From Ignicoccus hospitalis KIN4/I (GTDB lineage: Archaea; Thermoproteota; Thermoprotei_A; Sulfolobales; Ignicoccaceae), in assembly GCF_000017945.1 (NCBI RefSeq), contig NC_009776.1, forward strand, positions 150,001-182,000: 32,000 bases of DNA, given 5' to 3'. Under the pieces are notes generated by a model that saw only the letters and a list, made by a program, of their open reading frames with translations, made no database searches and was not told the DNA's origin. Position numbers and translations under genes: made by a program. Positions 15,104 through 21,345 of the stretch are shown piece by piece (position 1 is the first letter of the stretch; each line of letters starts with the position of its first letter).

Positions 15104-17935
15104 ATGGGAGTGAGCGCGGTCGAGGCCGACTTGCTGCCGCCGCGTTTGGTGGAGCTGATAAAGGAGAGGGGTTGGAAGGATCTAACTGAAGTTCAGAAGA
15201 AGGCGTTCAAACCCATAACGGAAGGCAAGAACGTCCTGATCGTTGCACCCACGGGCTACGGGAAGACGGAGGCGGCTATGTTACCGATCTTCGCGAAGAT
15301 GATAGAGGAGAGACCGGAACCCCTGAGCGTACTCTATATCACTCCTCTTAAGTCCTTGATCAATGACTTAAAGAACAGGATAGAGTGGTGGGCCGAGAGG
15401 CTAGGTTTCGTAGTCGCCAGGAAGCACGGCGACGTGGGCGCGTCCGAGAGGAGCTTGAGGTTGAAGAGGACTCCGCACATACTGCTAACCACCCCGGAAG
15501 GGTTCAAGATAGACTTAGACTGGGCCTCCCAATTCCGAAAGTATTACAAGAACGTCCGATGGGTCGTGGTGGACGAGGCCCACGAACTGGTGGGAAGTAA
15601 GAGGGGAGTTCAGCTCAGCTTGCTCCTAGAGAGGCTGAAAGCTTACAGCGGTAGGGATTACCAGAGGATAGCGCTCAGCGCCACAGTCGGCGACCCCGAA
15701 GCGACTGCCAAGCTGCTCTTCGGCTCTTCGTCCCGAGAGAAGGAGATCGTGAAAGTAAACGTAAAGAGGAAAATAGAGCTGGTGGTGGACAGCATAGGGG
15801 AGGCGAGGGAGGAGGACAGCTTCTGGAAGGCCTCGGCTAAGAAAATACTCGAGCACGTGGAGCCCCCCACGCTAGTGTTCGTCAACACGCGATACGCCGC
15901 GGAGAGGTTGCACGAGGAGCTCTCCAAAATAGAGGGCCTTAAGGTAGAGGTCCACCACTCCTCCATATCTAAGGAAATAAGGCAAGAAATAGAGAAGAAT
16001 TTGAAAGACGGGAAGTTAGACGTAGTAATAGCTACAAAGACTTTGGAGCTAGGTATAGACATAAGTGACTTAAACAAGGTAATATTGTTCAAACCCCCGG
16101 GCAGCGTGGCCTCGTTGCTCCAGAGAGTCGGGAGGGCAGGTCACAAGCTTGGAGGGGTGTCCAGAGGAGTAATAATTACTACTGACGAGATAGAAGCGCT
16201 GGACGGCTACACGGAAGCAGTCTTGGCAGTAAAAGGCATAGTGGAGCCCCCCAAGGTCCCGGACGCCCCGCTGGACGTGCTCGCGCGCGAGATCATAGGC
16301 ATGACGCTGCAAGAGAAGAGGTTAGACCCCTCGTGGGCATACGAGGTGGTGAAGGGAGCGTACCCTTACAGAAACTTAACCAAAGAGACCTTCGATGAGT
16401 TGATAAACGTGTTAGTAAAGAACAAGATACTCGCATGGGACGGAGACAAGTTAAAGGTAAGTTACATGTTCTACAAGCTCTGGTCCTTCGACGGCGGCGA
16501 GAAGAAGAGGTGGAGCCGCTCCTTCGGCGAGTTCTTCTCGGTCATCTCCGAGAGGGACGTGTTCGTGGTCAAGTGGGGCAATAAGGTAGTTGGGGACTTG
16601 GACGCCTTCTACGTTTACAAGTACTTGCGGCCCGAGAGCAAGATAAGGCTAGGAGGGAAGACGTGGAAAGTCATAGGGATAGACGACGAGGGCATGAAAG
16701 TCTACGTAGAACCCGCTACCGACCAGATGGGCGAGATACCCCTCTGGAAGGGCGAGGAGTTCCACCGCTCCTCCCTAATCCCGGAGTACGCGAAGAGGGT
16801 GCTCGAGGAGGAAAAGCCTAAGGAGGTCAAGCTCCTCCCCGACGCAGAGAAGAAAGTGAGGAAGGTTTTTGAGAGCTACAAGAGGAAGAATATAGACCTC
16901 CCCGGGGGCGACGTTTACTATTTAGAGAAGGTGCCGGGAGGCTACGTGCTGACCGGCTTCATGGACCAGAGGCTAGCGGAGGCCTTAGCCCACTTGATAA
17001 TGTATAAGGTCTCCTCGGAGTATACAACGGCCGTGAGCGTCCGCTCCTCCTTTACCGGGATAGCCGTCACCGTCGACGGCGGCGAGGCCCCGAACCCCAT
17101 AAAGCTGCTCAAGGAAATAGACGACGTCGAGGATGCGATTAGAAAGGCTATGGAGAGGTCTCCTTACTTGGTGCAGACCGCTAAGGAGATCCAGCTCAGC
17201 TTCGGCAAGCTCGGGAAGGTAACTCCGGACGACGGCCTAGTCTTCGAGGAGGCGGTCAAACAAGCTATAGAGAAGTACATAGATGTTGAGAAGGCAAAGA
17301 AGTTCATAGAGATGTTGAAAGAAAAGAAGATTAAGGTCAAGCTAATCAAGGCCAAGAGCCTAACGCCGTTGGCAGCGCACGTAATGAGCTTGCCGGCCTT
17401 CAGGCCGTGGCTTAAGATAATAGAAGCGCGTATAGTGAGCTTGCTGAAGGGGGAGGCGTTCACGGCCGAAGAGCTCGCGACTATGCTCGACTTGAGTCCT
17501 ACTACGGTCGAGAACAAGTTAAAGGAGATGAGGAAGCCTACCTCCAAAGCGAGGGTAGTACACTTCATAGACGTGGAGTTCGGCGAGACTCGGTGGTGCT
17601 TGTTGGAGGACTTAGATGAAATAATGAAGAAGGACGAATACGCTACGTCGTTTAAACCCCTCGATCCCTACGAGAATTTCACCATGTTCTACCGGACCTC
17701 CCCGAAGGACGAATACAACATGAAATACTTCAAACCGTTGGACATAATTAACAATGCCGAAGAGTTCTTGAGGAGCATAAATGCCGACGAATTCTACGAG
17801 GTAAAGGTGATGTTCCAAGGAGATCCGCTGTTTAAGAACCTTGTGCCGAGATACTTTTACGTCCCCAAGAAGGCGCTGCCCGCGGTACTGCTTAATGCGG
17901 TCGCCTACATACAGAGGGTCCGAAGGTCTGCTTAA
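15104..17935 (+). CDS. lhr: Lhr-type large superfamily-2 DEAD/DEAH helicase
   Basis: Q-motif/motif I are TEVQKKAF...APTGYGKTE, then ITPLKSL, motif II VVVDEAHEL, SATVG, and motif VI QRVGRAGH. A long C-terminal extension is typical of Lhr. The ORF-track extension 14969-15103 is Ser/Thr/Pro-rich and overlaps the divergent gene, so ATG 15104 is preferred. Confidence 0.85.
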   Translation: MGVSAVEADLLPPRLVELIKERGWKDLTEVQKKAFKPITEGKNVLIVAPTGYGKTEAAMLPIFAKMIEERPEPLSVLYITPLKSLINDLKNRIEWWAERLGFVVARKHGDVGASERSLRLKRTPHILLTTPEGFKIDLDWASQFRKYYKNVRWVVVDEAHELVGSKRGVQLSLLLERLKAYSGRDYQRIALSATVGDPEATAKLLFGSSSREKEIVKVNVKRKIELVVDSIGEAREEDSFWKASAKKILEHVEPPTLVFVNTRYAAERLHEELSKIEGLKVEVHHSSISKEIRQEIEKNLKDGKLDVVIATKTLELGIDISDLNKVILFKPPGSVASLLQRVGRAGHKLGGVSRGVIITTDEIEALDGYTEAVLAVKGIVEPPKVPDAPLDVLAREIIGMTLQEKRLDPSWAYEVVKGAYPYRNLTKETFDELINVLVKNKILAWDGDKLKVSYMFYKLWSFDGGEKKRWSRSFGEFFSVISERDVFVVKWGNKVVGDLDAFYVYKYLRPESKIRLGGKTWKVIGIDDEGMKVYVEPATDQMGEIPLWKGEEFHRSSLIPEYAKRVLEEEKPKEVKLLPDAEKKVRKVFESYKRKNIDLPGGDVYYLEKVPGGYVLTGFMDQRLAEALAHLIMYKVSSEYTTAVSVRSSFTGIAVTVDGGEAPNPIKLLKEIDDVEDAIRKAMERSPYLVQTAKEIQLSFGKLGKVTPDDGLVFEEAVKQAIEKYIDVEKAKKFIEMLKEKKIKVKLIKAKSLTPLAAHVMSLPAFRPWLKIIEARIVSLLKGEAFTAEELATMLDLSPTTVENKLKEMRKPTSKARVVHFIDVEFGETRWCLLEDLDEIMKKDEYATSFKPLDPYENFTMFYRTSPKDEYNMKYFKPLDIINNAEEFLRSINADEFYEVKVMFQGDPLFKNLVPRYFYVPKKALPAVLLNAVAYIQRVRRSA

Positions 17936-19355
17936 GAGGTCGCCGACGCTCGCTTGGGGCCTTCTGTTGTCTTTGGTAGTGTCCTCTCTCGCGTTTTTCC
18001 TAGCTTCGCTGACCAGCTTGACATACCCTTACTTCGACGACTACGTGGCCTTGTCGTTCGTAATAGCGGCCGCTTACGCCTATGCTGCCTCCAGGCTTGT
18101 TAAGTATGCAATCGCCGTAACCAACCCGGCCATAATGATAAAGGCATTAGTCTTGTTCTGGTTCTTAACTCCTTTCCTCGTTGCGTTGCCCTTCTCTTAT
18201 ATTACCGGGCTCGGGCTGATAGACTCCTATTTCGAGATGGTGAGCGGATTCACGGGTACTGGGTTAACCGTCCTCAACCCGTCGGCGGAAACTCCTTTCG
18301 TGAACGCCCTTCGCGCCTCCAGCCAGTGGGCGGGCGAGGTCGGTGCACTCTTCTTAACCTTGATACTCGCCATAGTCTTCCACGTATCTCCGACCGGTAT
18401 AGTCTCGGCGCTCGGGAAGGGCGAGAGGGTAAGGCCTAGCATGTATAACACCCTAATAGATTTGATATTGATTTACCTAGTCCTGACAATCATTCCGATA
18501 GTTTACATGAAGTTGGTGGGGATGAGCTTATACGACGCGATAGTTTACACATTCGCCGCGCTGGCCACTGGAGGCTTCGCGCCCACTGCCGGCGGTACGG
18601 CGGACTTGCCGTTCGTCCAGCAGCTGGCCGTCATACTGACGTGCGTACTAGGCGCGGTCAACTTTTCCGTATACTTGAATTTGAGGTACAACAAAGTTAG
18701 GAACGCTCTCAAACACCCAGAGCTGAGGCTCTTAATCGCTTCGATACTCTTCTACGCACTGTTGTTGCTGTTCGTCTGGAAGAGGTTCGACGCGGAGCAC
18801 TTGTGGAGCGCCCTGTTCCACTCAGCTAGCGCAGTCACGACTTCGGGCTTCCAGATACAAGACGTCAGCAAGTTCGGCGAATCGTCGAAGTATATAATTA
18901 CAGTAGCGATGATTGTGGGGGCCTCGGCCTTCTCGACGGGGGGCGGTGTAAAGCTCTATAGAGCTTACGTGTTGGGCAAGTCTATAATGAAACAAATAAA
19001 ATCTTTAGGTACGCCGAGGGGATACGTGAGCACAGTAACTGTCATGGGAAAGGAGATAACCTCCGAGGAGCTAACAACTATGTTAACTGTTGTTGCGACC
19101 TACTTGTTTACAATGTTTGCGCTAGCTTTGGTGCTGACGGAACAGCTGAGCGCACACAAGGTGAAGGTTCCGAGCATAGACGTGATATTCGAGGTGGCCT
19201 CAGCGATGTCTGGAACGGGCTTGAGCTCCGGGCTAACGGCAATTGCGCCGCCCGACGTAAAAATAACCTTGTCCATAGCGATGATATTGGGGAAGCTCGA
19301 GGTACTACCGTTCCTCTTCTTCTTGTACGACAGTCTACGTTCGTTGAAGAAGTAG
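17895..19355 (+). CDS. trkH: TrkH/KtrB-family cation (K+) transporter membrane subunit
   Basis: Four pore-loop glycine motifs in MPM repeats: GFTGTGLTV, LATGGFAP, VTTSGFQ, MSGTGLSSG. Strongly hydrophobic throughout. The start is uncertain: TTG 17841 (ORF track), ATG 17895, or TTG/GTG at 17967-17979. No trkA is adjacent. Confidence 0.8.
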   Translation: MRSPTYRGSEGLLKRSPTLAWGLLLSLVVSSLAFFLASLTSLTYPYFDDYVALSFVIAAAYAYAASRLVKYAIAVTNPAIMIKALVLFWFLTPFLVALPFSYITGLGLIDSYFEMVSGFTGTGLTVLNPSAETPFVNALRASSQWAGEVGALFLTLILAIVFHVSPTGIVSALGKGERVRPSMYNTLIDLILIYLVLTIIPIVYMKLVGMSLYDAIVYTFAALATGGFAPTAGGTADLPFVQQLAVILTCVLGAVNFSVYLNLRYNKVRNALKHPELRLLIASILFYALLLLFVWKRFDAEHLWSALFHSASAVTTSGFQIQDVSKFGESSKYIITVAMIVGASAFSTGGGVKLYRAYVLGKSIMKQIKSLGTPRGYVSTVTVMGKEITSEELTTMLTVVATYLFTMFALALVLTEQLSAHKVKVPSIDVIFEVASAMSGTGLSSGLTAIAPPDVKITLSIAMILGKLEVLPFLFFLYDSLRSLKK

Positions 19356-19490
19356 GGATTCAACCTTCCTTACGGCCTCGTCTTCATTGTGGGCGGACAC
19401 GTTAAACTTTATGTTAGTACCCTTTAACCTTATCACGAACCTCTTCTCTGCAAAGAGCTCGTAGCTTTCGAGGACCTCGAGCTCCCACAA
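19335..19490 (-). CDS. candidate small protein (51 aa), unannotated by ORF track
   Basis: Hand translation from TTG 19490 gives MWELEVLESYELFAEKRFVIRLKGTNIKFNVSAHNEDEAVRKVESLLLQRT, ending at TAG 19335-19337. A TATA-like atatatta (19522-19529, minus strand) lies about 30 nt upstream. It fills an otherwise empty ~185-nt gap and overlaps the trkH 3' end by about 20 nt. Confidence 0.3.
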   Translation of the reverse strand: MWELEVLESYELFAEKRFVIRLKGTNIKFNVSAHNEDEAVRKVESLLLQRT

Positions 19491-19563
19491 AGCTCTCGTG
19501 GAGAGATACGACCTTTCACCTTAATATATGTTTGTAAGGCGTGGGTCGTGGTGGCCGGGGTTT

Positions 19564-19708
19564 TGGTCCCGCCGCGGGGATTCGAACCCCGGACCACCCG
19601 GTGTCTGGGCCGGCGCCCCCTCATCCCGCGGGCCTAAGGGCCCTTCGGGTCCGGGGGCGGGCCTGGAGGGCCCTACAGCCGGGCGCTCTTCCGCTGAGCT
19701 ACGGCGGG
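19564..19708 (-). tRNA. tRNA-Tyr (anticodon GTA) with ~70-nt intron at the canonical 37/38 position, CCA encoded
   Basis: Exon 1 is CCCGCCGTAGCTCAGCGGAAGAGCGCCCGGCTGTAG. Exon 2 is ACCGGGTGGTCCGGGGTTCGAATCCCCGCGGCGGGACCA. The C1-G72 pair is the archaeal/eukaryal Tyr identity element. After splicing the anticodon stem is CCCGG/CCGGG with loop CTGTAGA. T arm is CGGGG-TTCGAAT-CCCCG. Confidence 0.88.
19603..19672 (-). other. tRNA-Tyr intron (~70 nt, very GC-rich)
   Basis: Minus-strand sequence GGCCCTCCAGGCCCGCCCCCGGACCCGAAGGGCCCTTAGGCCCGCGGGATGAGGGGGCGCCGGCCCAGAC lies between G37 and A38. Boundaries are inferred from restoring a 7-nt anticodon loop and may be off by 1-2 nt. The bulge-helix-bulge is only partially canonical by hand. 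Confidence 0.7.
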
Positions 19709-19737
19709 CTGCCGCCGAGATGGCGTTGGTAAGCCGG

Positions 19738-19745
19738 TTAATAAG
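19738..19745 (-). promoter_or_regulatory. TATA-like box for tRNA-Tyr
   Basis: The minus strand reads cttattaa, ending about 29 nt upstream of the tRNA 5' end (19708). A separate plus-strand box gaattaaag (19760-19768) sits about 32 nt upstream of the S25e start. Confidence 0.5.
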
Positions 19746-19799
19746 TTTTTGGCACTGTAGAATTAAAGTTCTGCTGAAGCACCCCACGGGGAGCGCGAC

Positions 19800-20174
19800 G
19801 TGGGGAGGGTGAACAAGCCTCTCAGCGCCATAGAGAAGAGGCAGATGAAGCAACTGCTAAGGGAACTGCGCCAAAAGATGATTGAAGAGAGGAAGGAAAA
19901 GAGGGGCGTGACCCTTCGAGTGGTAGCGGAGGCCAATGTCGTTGACCAGGCTCAGAAGGCGATCAGAGGGATGAAGTACGTCACTCCCACTATACTCGCG
20001 GAGAAGATGGGCATCAGCGTAGGGCTGGCCAAGAGAGTGCTGAGGGACTTAGAGACCAGAGGCGTGCTCAAGCTCTACGCTAAGAACAGGAGGGTGCAAG
20101 TTTACGTCCCCAGCGACAAGTTCGAACAGCTGGTCAAGCCGGGCGCATACAGCTACACAGTAAAGGAGATGTGA
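19800..20174 (+). CDS. rps25e: 30S ribosomal protein S25e (eS25)
   Basis: Lys/Arg-rich N-terminus, then YVTPTILAEKMGISVGLAKRVLRDLETRGVLKL, the wHTH module typical of S25e. Confidence 0.8.
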   Translation: MGRVNKPLSAIEKRQMKQLLRELRQKMIEERKEKRGVTLRVVAEANVVDQAQKAIRGMKYVTPTILAEKMGISVGLAKRVLRDLETRGVLKLYAKNRRVQVYVPSDKFEQLVKPGAYSYTVKEM

Positions 20175-20986
20175 TCCCCACTCCGATGAGGTCCCTCGAT
20201 CCCCCTGATTTTTATGATGAAGATTACGCGTCCCGAGGTGTAACGAACATGATGGTTCCAGTGGACTTCTGGGAGACCTCGAGGCCCAAGCCGGGCTTCA
20301 AGACCGTAGTGGGTTTCGTGGACGTAGGCTTGGTGGGCCTTATAGCAACCAAACACATGATCGAAGAGCTGGGGTTAGAGCCGATAGGCGGCATAGACGC
20401 CCCATCGGAGCTTCCCCTAACCCCTATAAGGGACGGTGTCGTCCAGTACCCGATAGGCCTCTACTACAAGCACCCTTGGTTAGTCATATCGCCGGAAGTG
20501 CCCTTGCCCGCCACCTTGATTTATCCGATAGCGTCCGCAATACTGGACTACGTCGAGAGGAGGGGCACTTCAGAGATAATATCGCTAACTGGTTTGGCGA
20601 GCCTCCAAAGAATAAAGAAGGAGCCCAGCACCTTTTGGATAGTCAACGATCCGGACCTCTTCGAAGAGGAAACGATGAGGAAGATCGCTAGGGTGGGCGA
20701 GCCTCTGAAGGACGGCGTGCTCTACGGGCCGACCGCGGTCTTGTTGAAGCTGGCCAGGGGCAGGGGGATACCCGGGGTGACGGTACTGGCCGAAGCTTTC
20801 CCGGACTTCCCCGACCCCGGCGCGGCGGCGAAGGTGTTAGACGCGTTGTCCAAAATATACGACGTCGAGATAAACACTCAGAAACTGATCGAAGATTCGG
20901 AAAGGATAAAGGCACGGCTCCAAGAGATGGCCAACAGAGCTAAAGAGGTAATTCAAGAGCGTCCCCGTTCGATGATGTATGCTTGA
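20171..20986 (+). CDS. PAC2-family (proteasome-assembly-chaperone-2-like, COG1938) protein
   Basis: VGFVDVGLVGLIATKHMIEEL...PIGLYY and a charged helical C-terminal tail resemble archaeal PAC2/COG1938 proteins. The GTG start overlaps the S25e stop (GTGA), and AAGGAG lies upstream. Confidence 0.65.
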   Translation: MIPTPMRSLDPPDFYDEDYASRGVTNMMVPVDFWETSRPKPGFKTVVGFVDVGLVGLIATKHMIEELGLEPIGGIDAPSELPLTPIRDGVVQYPIGLYYKHPWLVISPEVPLPATLIYPIASAILDYVERRGTSEIISLTGLASLQRIKKEPSTFWIVNDPDLFEEETMRKIARVGEPLKDGVLYGPTAVLLKLARGRGIPGVTVLAEAFPDFPDPGAAAKVLDALSKIYDVEINTQKLIEDSERIKARLQEMANRAKEVIQERPRSMMYA

Positions 20987-21306
20987 GGGTGGGAGCTTTG
21001 GTGCGCGTATCCCCAAACGGCAAGGCGGAGCCCCTCCACACGGTCTTCGACCTCCCGGACAGGGTGGAGATACTAATAGATTTGCCCCTAGCCGACGAGA
21101 AGAGCCTAACCGTCAGTTTGTATCAAAAGACGTTGAAAGTTAGAGCCAAATTGAGGGAGAAGATCTTGATAGGCGGGTACGAGGTGGAGGAGTACGTTAA
21201 GATAATGAAGATACCGGAGGACGTGGACGAGGAGTACGAGCTGGAAATAGTTAACAGAGAGGGGCCCATAGTAGTAATAGTGTTTCCTAAGGCAGCCAGA
21301 CCGTGA
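20983..21306 (+). CDS. small alpha-crystallin-domain (Hsp20)-like protein
   Basis: VEILIDLPLADEKSLTVSLYQKTLKVRAKL....KIMKIPEDVDEE...VVIVFPK follows the ACD beta-sandwich pattern (DLPG..ke.i.v.v....L.i.g; LP..vd; l..PK). The 4-nt TTGA overlap with PAC2 suggests coupling. Confidence 0.45.
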   Translation: MRVGALVRVSPNGKAEPLHTVFDLPDRVEILIDLPLADEKSLTVSLYQKTLKVRAKLREKILIGGYEVEEYVKIMKIPEDVDEEYELEIVNREGPIVVIVFPKAARP

Positions 21307-21345
21307 AATACCCCCTTTCCAAAGCCCTACCACGGGTCCCAAGTT

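Noticed and set aside
19433-19853. ORFs 19433-19624(-), 19521-19853(-), 19528-19812(+), 19541-19732(+)
   Set aside because: All run through the tRNA-Tyr gene and its GC-rich intron. Their composition (R/P/G-rich) is typical of spurious frames.
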